DNA of 64,000 nucleotides from Lytechinus pictus. Its lineage: Eukaryota. Below the pieces are notes generated by a model that saw only the letters and a program-made list of their open reading frames with translations, did no database searches and was not told the origin of the DNA. A program made the position numbers and the translations under genes. The stretch lies in NCBI RefSeq assembly GCF_037042905.1, contig NC_087245.1:16060001-16124000 (forward strand), read 5' to 3'. Below are positions 28,860 to 43,080 of this stretch, in pieces; the first letter of the stretch is position 1; every line of letters begins with the position of its first letter.

Positions 28860-29421
28860 TTAATGATTACTTAACTAGACAAAAATGAGATATGTATATA
28901 TTAACGAAAGGGAAAAGAACGGTAACAGACTTATTGGAGCTACATGTAAATCTAAAAAAAGAAATATGAGTTAGCCCTTTTATGTGTTTTTTATGTATAT
29001 TTCAAGAAAGAAAATAAAGATTTCAGTCCAGACTTCGGAAGCATGTGAGTTTAAAATTTTGCAAAAAAAACAAACAAAACAACAATTGGAAAAAACTTCA
29101 TTGAGATTTATACTGGATACCTAAATCTTTCTCCTCTCTTTTCATTTAAAAGTCATTCTGGGACAGCGATCAAAATAATCCGTTCTTGGTTAATGTGTAA
29201 TAAATCCATACTCCACAAAAATATGATTCACTTTAATCTGGAGATTAAAGAATGTTACCCATGTGTTTTCCGAACAATAGCGATCCTATAATTTCAACCT
29301 ATAAATGAAACAAGAAAAAAACAATTGTATTGTCGTATTCGTTATAGCTGTTATTCTTTTAATTAGCATTGTTGCCAATCGTGTACAATCAGGGAATCAC
29401 AGTCGAAGGGTAATGTAAAAC

Positions 29422-31667
29422 GGCTTATTATAATCACTCGGGTCGCGTTCGCGTTCGAAATCACTCGGGTCGCGTTCGAAATCACTCGGGTTTTTTATTT
29501 TTGGCGATTTTTTTTTATTTCGATGCGATTTTTTTTCTAACGGTGTCTTCAATGGGACAAACACGCTGGGCAAATAAAATGAAATTGAAATTCTAGTTTC
29601 GTTTTAAGCCAGCAAATGCCTTAAATAAAATGCATCATCTTAAAGGCGCAAGTGCAATTAAAATGTAATAGAAGTCGCAAGCACGCGCGATGATTCGGAA
29701 CATGTTATTAAAATGCTTTGGGGAGCTAACGTTTTCAAATCAATTTATTACTATCTTCAGAAATTAACTTTTGATAACCAAGAACAATATATAAAAGAAG
29801 CGGGGTCCGCTATCACCACGAGGTTGAAGAGAAGTGTCTATCATCATAAAGGAGGTAAGAGAGTAGTGCAGTGATGTCCGTCGGTAATACGACCTTTAAA
29901 AGTTCACGGCGGCGTCCGCTATCACCACGAGGTTGAAGAGAAGATATCTATCCTCGTAAACATCGTCAGAGATAATACTGCGTCTTTCTCCCTGATTAAT
30001 GCGACCTCTAAATAGCTAGCACCTCAAAAAAATCTTGAAATATGTTCTGAACGATCACGCACTGTAACTAGATCTACGCCGATATTTTATATCCGATTTT
30101 TCCTTCAAGGGGCATGATCGAAGATTGGCAGGTGATCGCGCCGATTGTGGTAAAATCGGGAGCCGATTTTAAAATCGGTTAATTAGAACAGGTACAATTA
30201 CGATTTTAAAATTAATTTAAAATCGATTTCCAAAATCAATTTTAAAATCGATCTAAGATCAATTGTAGATCAGTTTTAGTATTAGTTTTTAAAAGCCCAT
30301 TCACATTTTTACTGATGCTGACGAAAAGTTAGTTTGGTTGTCAGAGCATTATTTGTCCTGCGTCTAAATAACTATGTCCGATCGAATTAAGGACCGTTTT
30401 AATTTCGGAAAGGTAGGAGAGATAGAGAGAGAGACTGATCCCCGTTCAGCTCAACGTATACGTTTGGCACGCGAGCACAAAGAAGATCAATTAAGCACAT
30501 CACCTAATGCAATGTTTCGAGAATTTAGGTAGGGAATTTTTTAGGTCTCCAGTTACTTAAAACATGAAATGGCGATTTTATCTATAAAATAAGACAAATT
30601 TTATGAGAAATGGACAATAGTTAAGAGCATAATTTTAAAACGCCTATCGGAAAGATCGTCCTCAAAGCTCATTACGTATTAGACAGCTGGCAGCCGTCTG
30701 TTTCGAGTTTTTTAACATTTTTATTTCTCCTCGTACACAGACGGCTCGCTATGGTGCAACCATCATTACGGGGTTAACAATGCAAAATCCCCCAGACAGC
30801 GCTCATCGATTTTTGTCTTTATTTCATAAAAATATATGGAAAGAACTGTATCAAATATATTATTATTCCGTTTTGTCCTAAAATGCACCAAAAAAAGAGA
30901 AAATAAACTTAAAAGGGGAAAACAGTAACTAATTGCTTCGGCTGTCGCGCAACTTCACTTCCCCGTTTTATTGGAACTTAATGCATAAACATATGGCCAT
31001 TGAGTCCCTGTACAGATCGAGCTAGAACTTCGGTCTCTGTATTGGTGAGTGGAGCTAATGGAGTTCAGCGGAACAACGAACATTACAGACTGGAGACCGA
31101 AGCTTTTGGTCTAATTGCGTATATATGCATTAAACCACGGATGGCTGGCTATGCATACCGCTGAATAAAATACTTTCGGACGAGCTGCAGACTGACTGGC
31201 ACTGTAACGTGGGATCTAACTCGGCTGGACTCACGTTACCTTGCTCCATGCTACCGATGCATGCCGTGTCCGACCGTGGCCGGGTCCCGCCTTGGGGCCA
31301 TTGCATGCAGGCATACATGTCCGTACATGGGAATGACGATGTAATATCGATGTGGCAGATATGGCAAGTTCCGACTCGGAGTCCTCGTATAAAAACAGTA
31401 GAAGTCTGGATGTATTCTAGGATAGTTGAGCCACATGGCTGATTTGCTTGTTTGTTATGTTAAGCAGTAGGCGAGTGCCTTTTTTTTAAGGCACTTGCCG
31501 GCTTAAAACGAAACTAGAATTTGAATTTCATTTTATTTTCCCAGCGTGTTTGTCCCATTGAAGACACCATTAGAAAAAAAAATCGCATCGAAATAAAAAA
31601 AATCGCCAAAAATCCAAAACCCGAGTGATTTCGAACGCGAACGCGACCCGAGTGATTATAACAAGCC
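29422..31667. mobile_element. Non-autonomous GGC...GCC element with 8-bp TSD (MULE- or Merlin-like), copy 2
   Basis: TIR GGCTTATTATAATCACTCGGG / CCCGAGTGATTATAACAAGCC; TGTAAAAC at 29414-21 and 31668-75; same TIR family as 14938-16479. Confidence 0.85.
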
Positions 31668-33244
31668 TGTAAAACTGTCAAGAAACAAACAAATATTGCA
31701 AGCATTTGTTCCCTTTGTCTTTATGCTTATATAGAATCATCAATTTTTGGAATGATTTTTATTCCCATAGTTCTCAATGCCACATGAAGATAACTGTTAT
31801 AACCTTTCGAAATATTCAAAAGAAAAATAATAAATTTGTAAATTTGGAAGACAAGAAAAATATTTGTCTGCACATAAGCAGACCCCACCTTTCCCACGAG
31901 CATGACGAGACCACGAGCATAACTTTCAACTTGGGATCGGTAAAACAAAACTTAGCAAATATTGTAAAATGACTTTACGATGCATGGGTTGTACATTATT
32001 TTCAAATGCGATCGGTCTCAAAAATATTAAAGCAATATGAAAAATAAGTCAACTTTGTGTTACCGAACCCGTATGTCACTGTTTATTTTTGACGGCTTTT
32101 CATGCTTTTGGGACCTTGCCCTACTTTTTAAACACACAGATTGATAAATATTTGAAATGTTTTTTATAATGCATGGGGGATTATAAGAATGCAACGTCAC
32201 GAATGTAGTAACAACATAGCATTAATATAAAGGAATCTGATTATATTCAGTCATCTCCCTTTACATACGATCATGATGATAGACTATTATCAGAACGTAA
32301 TCTTTGCTCATGAAATAATTCCCTTTCGGACCTTACCTCGAGGCAATTTCTAATTTGGGTGATGTAATATCTGTAGGTTTTGCTTTTTCGTCCTTCTGTA
32401 TAAATGATTTGCAATGTGCATGAATCCTCTAACAATAACAAATTGTCAGCACGAACCTATGAAATTATTTCATTGATTTTTTTTTAGGAAGAACAATATG
32501 TGAAAATTATGTTCAACGAGAAAGAGCAAAATCTAATTATATTTTGATTAAACAGGCCGATATGAATAAATACTGCATGACGTCACAATCCATTGTACAG
32601 TTGATTGTCGTTAATATTGAATCAGAGTGATCAATTAAGTTGATATATTAGAGGTAGCATCACAAAATCGTTAATTTATGAAAATTAGGTTGCCTCTTCT
32701 AAAATATGGGGAAAATGGATTACCTCTACTGATTTTGCACTGATGATAATGAAATTAGATCAGCCCTAATAAATATGTAGAAACTATTCAACGATATAAA
32801 TCTAAAAGAAAATAATGACAGTCTTTGTATTTCACTGATCTGAAATATATTGACTAAGATAATACATCTTGGCATGTTCCTTGTATGCTTTATCTCTAGC
32901 ATTTGGGCGTTGCTACAGGATTTGTCCGCTAATAAATTTTCAAAGTAGTGAAAAGGGGAAAAATAGAGAAAAGAGGGAAAACGAAGGTAGGAAGGATGAC
33001 GTCTATTAAAAAATATAGCTAATGATCATGTAACCCTATAATGTCCTGTAATAAAAAAATACGTTAAAAAAAATATGAGATCATCTTTACATGTACATCG
33101 TCTCCTCCCTCCTCCGTGCTATCAAAATATCGTGGTGTCGCTCCTGCTTATAATTCTTCATGGCTATTCTTTGAAAGGTTTTAATTTTTCGAATTTTCGA
33201 AATTAAAATCAAATTAATTTGGCCCCTAACGCTTAATGTTGCAG

Positions 33245-33560
33245 ATCTGTAGAACCGAAATCCGGATTCATTCTTTAACCTCGACCACGTATCGAATGGA
33301 CTGTCAGCAAGATCAAGCGTGCCTCAACGAACAGGGCATTTACGAATCTCAATGCACAGGCAATACCGGGTCTATTTGTGTGACCTGCTGTAATACGGAC
33401 CTCTGCAACGCCCCATCTGCCAATGCCGGCACTAACCAGCCCACAACTGCAGATGCAACAACAACACAAGGAACCATCGCCGTCCCGGAACCAGCGACAA
33501 CTGTAACAGACACAGCGACAACAGATGTTACAACGACACAACCTCCCACAACGTTAACAG
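33245..33560 (+). CDS. Ly6/uPAR-mucin-PAN protein, exon 4 (C-terminal half of LU domain plus Thr-rich linker)
   Basis: TTGCAG acceptor in phase 0; ICRTE...CVTCCNTDLCN matches the CCxxxxCN signature; Thr-rich stretch; GTAAGA donor in phase 1. Confidence 0.9.
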
Positions 33561-34173
33561 GTAAGACCATGTTTGTGCAATGGTTAGAACGCTATCGCTC
33601 TTCATCCTCTGAGTGATCATCATTATTAAATCGGCGTCCGTTCTGAAAACAGGACGAGGTGGCGCCAATATCAAAAAGCTAAGCGTAAAATGTGTACAGG
33701 ATGCGTAAGGGCATGAAGGGTGGTGGTTATGTTTTCGGGAGTGGTCTACTGTGGACAGCATGCTTGATGAGTTTCCATTTTTTCTTAGCTACCACCACAG
33801 AAATATTTTTTTTATTTCCGTGGCTACCACCCACAGACTAGTAACGTCGTCAATTACCAAGCTCTAAGCTGTCTGGCAGGCAGTAATTAAAGCGAAAGAA
33901 CTGTACGTGAAGAACTTACAAGATTGATGTAGTTATGTTTTATGAGGTATTCAAGTATTTCCTTTCTCTTTTATGCACTTTTTCTATTATCTATCCATCT
34001 TTTTACTTATTTGTCTTTTACTTTTATTCATTTATCCATCACTGCATTTATTCAGCCATCACATTTATATTCATCTATATATTGATTTATCATCTATTTA
34101 TTGCAATCATTCTTGTTTTTCATGTAAATTCCTGCAAGTAAATTTCATGTTACCGTGATATTTCAACTTTCAG

Positions 34174-34433
34174 CTCGTTCGAGTTCAACACACCTTAGCT
34201 CATCACTCTACAAACTCTACAGCTCAGCACGAAAGATCAAACCTCAGCACGTCTTAAGTACGAGTGAACCAGGCTCTGTCATCACATGCGCAATGACCTG
34301 CGCACATACGCCAAGTTGTCAGTCATTTGGATACAACAATGAAGATGGATTGTGCTATACAGTTGGATCCCCTTCAGATGAACTAACATTTAGTATCGCA
34401 GAAAAATGTAACCATTACATCCTAGAAATTTGA
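34174..34433 (+). CDS. Ly6/uPAR-mucin-PAN protein, terminal exon (PAN/Apple domain)
   Basis: TTTCAG acceptor in phase 1; SVITCAMTCAHTPSCQSFGYNNEDGLCY PAN-type cysteine pattern; TGA stop; AATAAA at 34475-34480. Confidence 0.85.
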
Positions 34434-35064
34434 AAACATGTCGAAAAAGGGATAGTGATTTATATTTGAGAGACAATAAAATGGCATTTCCAATTGGAAT
34501 TGGTGGTATGGGGAGGGGGCGGCGTATAAACGAGTTACGTCTATCTGTCAAGAACGAATGGTTGGAAACGAGTGTGGGACATTTTAAGAATGATTACAAT
34601 TATTGACTGACCTTGCTTTGTATGACTAAGGAATACTAACATGTACAAGTTTTGTTTTGTCCTTGTTTTGGGTTTTTTTTTGCTTCTGAAATAATAATCT
34701 GGTCAGAAAAGTTACTGATTTCGATTTCTCATCATATATAACTAATGACGAACAGAAGTGTTGCAATAATAAGACACAGCTGCCTTACATCAATGCTATG
34801 ACAAAAGTCAGTATGAAAAAAAAACATTGCTCGAGGTAATGGTCGTTTATAATAGTCACTAGCATATCCTGATTTCTCTGGGTTTAGTTTGAAATATTGA
34901 TGTCTTCTAAGTGTCACCAATATCTCAAATGGTTATTACCATTTTCAGTTTTCATTATTCTGAATCATCTGACTGGTAGATGAATTTAATTTGTTACATA
35001 TATATACCGTGTTGTCTGTGTTTATAATCTATTTTCATAAGCACTTGGTGGAAATGGGGTATAA

Positions 35065-36101
35065 TACCCCATTCCCACCAACGCTACGAACATGTAGTTT
35101 TCGCTACGTCAACGAAAAATCGCCATGACGCAGTGGGAACTGCTACAGCTTAGCGAGAACTACAATTTACGTGGCATAATCCGCATGATCTCCCGAGACC
35201 CATTTTCCGCTACGCGGACTTCGAACATGTCCAAACTCCACGTAGCAGGAGCACCGTCTGGACAGTGCGTAGTAATGACGCAGCAAGGACCTCCTTCGGA
35301 TCCACTAACAGTTCCAACGACGTAGCATCCACGTGGTTAAACGGAAAGGACGAGCAACAACTCCGTCCATGTCGCTGCCGCCACGCACATTCATTCGTCA
35401 CTACGTCCTATATCAGGTGAAGTTCCCACTACGTTGTTGAAATTCCGAAGAAAAGCTAGCACCCAGCGTCAGCTTCATTTGAATTTCTCAAATAAATGTG
35501 AAATTGTCAAGTGCATGCTACGTCCGCGCCAGGTTTTTATGAAGTTCACAAAATAGGTTTATTTTGCGCGCAAAAGCAGTACATTCTGCGTCGGGTGTGG
35601 GTGTGCGTGATGGCCGCGTAGTGGTCGCGTGGTAGCAGTACAATAGACATGGACAGACTTGTTGCCACGTTTCTTCCCCTGTCCTCTACGTCTATGCTAC
35701 GTCGGTGGAGTTGTTAGTAGGTACTTACTGCGTCATTACTACGCACTGTTCAGACGGCACTCCTGCTACGTGGACTTTGGACATGTTCAAAGTCCACGTG
35801 GCGGAAAATTGGCCTCCGGATATCATGCAGACTATGCCACGTCAACATGAGTTCTCGCTACGCTCTCAGTACGCTGTAGCAGTTCTCATTGCGTCATGGC
35901 CATTTTTCTTAGACGCGGCGAGAACCGCAGAATAAACTTAGTAGTCACACCACACACTCAGTAAAAATTTCACAATGACGTGGCGCGGACGTAGCACGCA
36001 GGTGAAAATTTCACATCTTTCGAGAAAATCAAACAAAGTTGACGCCACGTCCTATGAATTCTTCTGACATAGCGAGAACTTCATCTGGTGTAAAGGAGGT
36101 A
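35065..36101. mobile_element. PIF/Harbinger-like MITE
   Basis: TACCCCATTCCCACCA ... TGGTGTAAAGGAGGTA with TAA on both sides; long internal inverted arms (about 35120-35290 vs 35725-35905). Confidence 0.7.
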
Positions 36102-37325
36102 TAAGACGAAACGCTACTCCATAATCGATTTTACAATGTGAAATGTCAATATTTGGGGGCGTCTGTCTTGTATTTAATCATCTAAAAATGATATCTAGGT
36201 TTTCAGTTCATCTTTAATTAATTCTTCCAGCGTCGATGCAGTATACGACTATACCATTGTATACGATGCATCGATGTACAATGAGTAAATATGACTAATG
36301 ACCAGACCACATTCGCGGACTTATATTGATCATTCAGACGAGAACACATTCCTTTATCGATACGAATACGCTATTATCTGAAAGGGGAACTGCAACTGAG
36401 ACTGAATTTGAAAACGACTATCGGAATCATGACAAAGCTGAACAATAACTATCTCTTCTCTTCTCGATGTATGTATTATTCTATTTCACATATCAAAATG
36501 ATATTTACTGATGTAAAAAATGCGACTTTTCTGTAATTTAGAATATTGAAGTTGACACACCGTTATCAGTGTATATATCATAGGATAGGAATATTTATAT
36601 AAAAAAGAAAGAGTTTGTTCATTAAGGGTGGCTCTACATGGAGTAAGGGGCAGTCTCCGTCCTGCTTTTTTCTATCACGTGAATCGAAAAGGGAAAGGGT
36701 CGTTTTATATTAATATTGAATAAGAAATATGGAAGGAAATTTCCGGAGGGGTTGCATGGTCATCCTTACTAAAACCATGAATACCCTAGAATCTAAATGT
36801 AGCCACTGTTCGCCATAACACCCACAACAAAATACCATGACTCGATCAGCCCCTTATTTTGTTGATCAACACACGTAGTGATGATGCAATGTCAGAGATA
36901 GAGTGTGGACTTGTGCGCCGTGCGCGCCGAAAAAAGTGTCAATTTTTATGAAAAACTTGAAGATTTTGTCGTGCTTTTCGATATTTATTTAAACCGTACA
37001 TATAATTTTCAAATTCATTCGGGCAGGGCCAAAGCAATATGCCCCTCAATATTTTCATGAGGGCGATCGACCCCTCCCCCCTCAGGATCGACCCCTCTGT
37101 TACAGTATAGTTTTTCATATAACAATGATGAGAGCATTTTTGAATAAATGAAAACGAAAATTACTATTCCGGTTTATCTATTTGTTAGTTTGACATACCC
37201 CTAGATCCCTGATACGCATGCGTCGGGTTTGAATCCGCCTTCACGCCCGCCTGCAATTTGAAGCCGCCTCGAGACCATTATGCCTATTCCTTTGATACAC
37301 ATGGTCTGAGCCTGAGGCCCGCAAT

Positions 37326-38573
37326 CAGTGGCGTACCGTGGGTCATGGCATTGGGGGGGGGGCACCAGCAACAATTTTGAGTCACTTAGTGAGCGAGCGA
37401 AGCGCGCTCAGTTGCCAGGTATACTGACCTGATAGAGACATTTTAAGGACAATGTCATTAAACAGATATGTATCTCACTGATCAAATAATGCGAGCGCGA
37501 AGCAAGAGCTGAAAACTTTTGATATTCAGACCTAAAAAGGGACATTATAATCATTATCATTATAAACATTCGCGCTCGCATGAAATTTTTGTATATATTG
37601 ACCCCAAACAGGGAAATTTTAAGGACTATATTTTAGGAATCCATTAAGAGTATACATATCTCACCATAGTCATCTAATGCGAGTGCCAAGCTCTTGCTGA
37701 TTTTGTTGACCCCAAACAGGGAGATTTTAATGACTATATTTTAGGAATCAATTAAGAGTATACATATCTCACCATAGTCATCGAATGCGAATGCCAAGCT
37801 CTTGCTGATTTTGTTAGAATTACATCTAAACACATAAATCAATTGTAGTCAATGTAATAATGAATAACATACGTATCTCACTTATCAAATATTGCGAGCG
37901 CGAAGCGCGAGCTGCAAATTTACATAACTCAGACCTGAAGTGGGGCATTCTGTGGTTTACATGTAGGAATTAATTTTGACCATATGTATTTTATTAACCA
38001 AATGAAGCGAGCGCGAAGCGCGAGCTGAAATTTTTTGGTATTCAGATCAGAAAAAGAGACATTTTAACAACTGATTTTAGGAATTCATGGAGAGCAGAAA
38101 TATCTTACACATCCACTAATGCGAACGTAATCACGGACAGGACATGTTTCATATATATTAAGACCTTAACATGGGACAATCACTTTAAGTAGTCATAAAA
38201 AAGATGCATATGTCATTACATAAAACATTGATAACTCGAAGTGCGAGGAAATATATTTGGTGTATATTGGCTTGAAAACGGGAGGTTTTAGTCCAACAGG
38301 ATTATATATTTCGTTAAACAGACAATGCGAGCACCAGGAACAATGAAGCCATAGGCCCTGAGCAAACTATATTTCATAAAGTTATGATAAAAATGTTTAT
38401 ATAATGTAACATAACATAATTATATTATAACATTACAATGAATAATATTTTCTTCTTTCCCACTACGTTGCTCTTCCTTTTTGTCCTTTTCCTCGTTTAT
38501 TTTATTTTTATTTTTAGGTCAGCTGATTGGGGGGGGGGGGGCACGTGCCCCCCCCCCCGTAGTTACGCCACTG
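37326..38573. mobile_element. Non-autonomous hAT element with 8-bp TSD
   Basis: CAGTGGCGTA ... TACGCCACTG; CCCGCAAT at 37318-25 and 38574-81; internal GCGAGCGCGAAGCGCGAGC units and a ~108-bp tandem duplication (about 37598-37813). Confidence 0.9.
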
Positions 38574-39149
38574 CCCGCAATTGTGCGTCAACACCCCTGA
38601 TCTGAATACTAATGTACAGATCAGTGGTCTACCCCTATTCCGGTTTCACGTCGCCTATTCACGTAACACAAGCCACCATCATAAACGTTTGTTCTTTATT
38701 CGGTTCGTTAGCTATAACTATTGTTCGCCAATTCTAGTTTAGTGGTCAAGCCGGCCTGAGTCCACTTGGGGGTGATACACATACCAATTGCAGGAATGAA
38801 GCCGGCGTGAAACCGCCTCCAAACCATAGCCAGAGGTGGACTCAGTCCGAGCCAGCGTCAATCCGGCTTTTAAAAAAAGGGGGGCGATACACATAAGTCG
38901 AGCCGCCTCTGACGCCGGTCCTTGTATCGTACAGTCACACCCACGAAGACCGATCAATCTAATCAACGTAATTGTCAGTGACATAACGTCGGTCGGTTTC
39001 CTTGATTTGACTGCGACATTTTCACGTCTACTTTGACACAGGTCTTACCGATCACCATGATAGAGGGCGCTAGACAAGAATTACTTGATGGGTATTATTG
39101 AATGTTCAGTATCTCTCCTTCAACAAGCTGCACTTTGGAGGCATCCAAC

Positions 39150-40239
39150 TTGATGGGCCAATGTATGGTTTGACCCGGAACAAATTGAAACTAAAGGTTT
39201 TCAGCTGTTTCTGGCAGTACTTGACCTCAGCCAAATCCAAATCCAGGAAATATCCCCAGGTGCATTTTTAATGTTCTATATCAAATTTTGAGAAACAGCA
39301 GTAATTTAAGACCCCGTTTCTTTAAGCCATCTTGGATTTTGGATACCTGACTGTCCTTTTAATGTCTACTTTTAAGTAAGAACAGTCAATTTAGACCCCA
39401 TTTTTTGAAGCCATCTTGGATTCTTTTTTTAACATACCAGACCACTGACTGTTCTTGTAACTTGCCCTAGTGCATTACTTGACCCTTTAAACCATGGTTT
39501 AGACACCAAACTCATATCCAACAGACAAATATTAAACAAGCTATGTCCATTTATTGGTAACATCAGACAACTTTTTACTCCATTTTGGGAAGCAATCTTG
39601 GAATTTTGGACATACTAGACCACTGACTGTCATTGTAACTTGTCCCAATGTATAATTTGACCCTTAAAGCCATAGTTTAGACACCGAAATCATATCTCAC
39701 AGGCGGATATAAAATGAGCTATGCCACTTTTAAGTATCAACAACCATTTTAAACTACATTTTTGCAGCCATCTTGGATTTTAAGACCCACCAGACCACCG
39801 ACTGTCCTTGTAAATTGTTCCAATTTAATTGTTCCAATTTACTACTTCTCCCTTAAAACCATTGAGAAAGTATAAGCCAAATTAAAGCCACTTAAGTAAT
39901 AGGTGAATTGAGGATTTTAGCCTATACGGCAGTCATTTCGGGCGCCATCTTGGATTTTCAAGTACACTGGAGTGCTTAAATTCACTCTAGCCTGTATAAA
40001 CAAATTATTTTACCCCCCCCCCCTCCAGACCATGGAATATGAACCGAAATAGGATTCTAGGGTGGATAATGAGTGAGTTGTATCCATTTTCAGTGAATGG
40101 CGGGCATCTTGGACGCAATCTTTAAAATAACCACTTTCCCGGATTCCTGAGGTCAAAGAGTACCAAAAAAACGTTGAAAAACCATTTGTTGCAATTTGTT
40201 CCGGGTAAGGGTATTTTTGATCGTATATTGACCCGTTTA
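39150..40239. mobile_element. Second Academ-like non-autonomous element
   Basis: Inverted ACCCGGAACAAATTG / CAATTTGTTCCGGGT near the ends; degenerate termini with AAC on both sides; ~180-bp units containing GCCATCTTGGA. Confidence 0.6.
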
Positions 40240-40770
40240 AACACATATTTATTGCGATTCGGATGCGGAGAAGAAGACCGACACAATCACCTTGCAATTT
40301 TCATTTATTCTGTCGACAAACAAATCATATACGCTTCGACTCTCGTATCGACATGATTGAAGGCTCGTTTGTATGGTTAGTCTGCAATCGTGTATTTCCC
40401 GATCCAGCTATAAACTGGGTTACAACAGAAACTTACCAAACTTTACAAGGGCACTGAACAAAATCCACCTAGTCAAAATGAACAATATTTTTGCACATGC
40501 TAGTTTCAATAATCTTTTTCTAAGCACATGTCAATAATCAAGAGATTGGTTCAATCACAGAGAGGCTATAGTCCCTCACATCAATCATTGTTTCAAAAAT
40601 CCAAAGTTACAAATTAACAAAAGACCAATGGAAATGAGATTGGATTAAACAAACTTTCCAGTTTATCACACGTGTCCTTCAAAGGAATGTTAAAGCGATT
40701 GACTTGATCACAAAACAGTTACAGGAAGTTGAAATCAAAATTTTAAATGACTGGAACGATCAAACACCTA

Positions 40771-40909
40771 CACACATATTCCACGGGGATATCCCAGTTA
40801 GGGGGGGGGGGTAATCTGAACACGGTGTTTTCTATGTGTGCCTGAGTGAGATACACACAGACACTGTGTTCAGATTACCCCCCAGGACATCCCCAGGGGG
40901 ATTCGTGTG
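40771..40909. repeat. Short hairpin/MITE
   Basis: GGGGGTAATCTGAACACGGTGT vs ACACTGTGTTCAGATTACCCCC. Confidence 0.55.
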
Positions 40910-42123
40910 TTGCTGTGTGCACTCTAAAGAAATATTGGGTAAAAAGCGTCGGGTATTGGGTGAAGCGTTGGTAAATACAGAATATTGAAAGTTGACACTT
41001 TTTAATCTACACCTTTTTAGGTGGTCTGTCTTTGATTTCGTCAGAATTTAATTAATTTATCTATTTAATTATTTATTTATTTATCTATTTGTTTTCATTC
41101 ATTTATTTATTTATTTATTTGTTCATTTATTTATTGTTTAGCACCAATGTTTGTCGCCAAGTTTTCTCAAAGTTTGTTATGTCATTTAAAAAAAAAATTA
41201 AATTTATTTTAATGTATAAAGTCTATCATAGAGACGTGCAGCTAAGCTTTTCAAGGTCATCGGGTCATGATGACGTCTTCTAGGCGCCATTTTGCATTTG
41301 ATCATTTCAACATAACGGATCGTCAATAATAAATTGTATTTACACCAAAGATACTTTAAGTCAAAGGTCAATTGCCAGTGTCATCAAAGGTTGTGCAGAG
41401 GTCGCGTACGTGCACGTCAAAATTCGAAGCCTATGATTAACTTTGTGCACGTTTCAGGTCATTTTAAGCATTTCAACATTTTGCGCGCACGTTTTCGTGG
41501 GTAATGGCGTTCGTGACACAACATAAAATTGCTGTGTTTTATCTATGTGTATGCATTAATGGTATAATTCTGATCAAATTGATACCTCGACCAGCACTCA
41601 ACGATCATTAATGAGGGAATGAGCATTTGACCCTCAATTATATCATGACGTCATCAAAATGGCGTCGGAACTCAAAATTTCAATTTCCGTGTTATGACGT
41701 CATCATAAATATGCAAATATGACATTTACTCTGTAAATGATGGTAAATTTTCGCAACTTTTTATCATGTTGTAGCTGATGGCTTGTTATTTCTGAATTAT
41801 CACCTTTATTTTTCATTTTAAGATAGGGATCATCCTGAAAAATTGCAATTTGTAGAGGCATGCCATTTTTGCTAATTTTGCGTGTAATCTCTATGGGAGA
41901 TACACTTTTTCTTAAAACTGGATTCTACATTCCTCTATTTCGTGAGCCATATTTCTAGTATTTATTGTCGTTTTTCGCTAATCTTTGAATATTTTAAAGC
42001 TAAGGATTTTAAGCTTTTGCAAATGCTGCTATTTTTACGATCAGATGCCGGGATCATGCCCGTATTTTACTTGCAAAATTAGATTTGAGATTATCGTATC
42101 TTTCATACGTATAAAGTCAATGG

Positions 42124-42205
42124 GAAATATTGTAGCTCAATCGGTAAGGCGCCAGACTTGCATCTCAAGCGGTTACGGGGGCACGGGTTCGAGTCCGAGG
42201 GTGAA
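42124..42205 (+). pseudogene. tRNA-like fragment (SINE head or tRNA pseudogene)
   Basis: A box TAGCTCAATCGG at 42133 and B box GGTTCGAGTCC at 42186; acceptor and anticodon stems do not pair well. Confidence 0.6.
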
Positions 42206-42513
42206 CATGGGTGTTTTTATTATGTTGCACATGATTCTTTATAACAACTATCAAAATTGAAATAAATAAAAGTTGAAATATTGCAAGATTAAACAGATTA
42301 TATTATTACCTTTTTTATATCATATCTCAACTTTATTAGAAATTATATCCGAGTATCTATCCGCTATCTATGCTATCAATCAATCAAACAAACAATCAAT
42401 CAATCAATTAATCTATCTATCTATCTATCTTTCTAATCTAATCTAATATTTATCTATTTATAAATCTATGTATCGATCTATCTATCTATATCTATCTATC
42501 TTTCTATCAATCT

Positions 42514-43080
42514 CGTCACTTTGATATTCAAACTATTAAATAATCTGCTTCCAAATGTACTGGACTCAAAACTTACAATTAAGGACACGCACCACTCACT
42601 TAGAAATATCGAACACCAATTATTTGAAAAAAGCTTGTTATATCTTGCCAGTCATTTATTCAATAACCTCCCCCAATCTGTATGAACACAAACAAATCTA
42701 CCGGCTTTTATGCTTTAATGCATTCAAAATATCTTTCCTATTAGTTTTCCGTAATTGTTGCTGACTGAGATTCTGACCACTGTATTGTTTTCATTTTTTA
42801 TCATGTATATTGATTTGTACTTTTGTTTATGTTTTAAATGTGTATATATTTATATATTTTTTGTTGCTTTTTTTAGTTCTTATTCTCTTTCTCAAATCTT
42901 TATTTTTATCATGTAATTTCTGTCTGTTCAAATGTTTGTATTTATTATTTTGTTCATGATTTATAATTTATTGTTTTATGTTTTTCAACTTTTATGTACG
43001 GACTTGCTGAAAAACAGCTTTGCGGCTGAAAGCAGGTTTTTTATCCCGTATTTAAATAAATAAAACATACAAATAAAACA
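42514..43080 (+). mobile_element. Short 3' fragment of a CR1/L2-group LINE interrupting a (TCTA)n array
   Basis: Remnant LFNNLP-type ORF2 C-terminus, T-rich UTR, 3' stem-loop-like CAGCTTTGCGGCTG and AAATA-type tail. Confidence 0.45.

Noticed and set aside
42124..42205. Functional tRNA gene
   Set aside because: A and B boxes are present but the stems do not form a cloverleaf; the same applies to 20850-20922, which continues into a SINE body.
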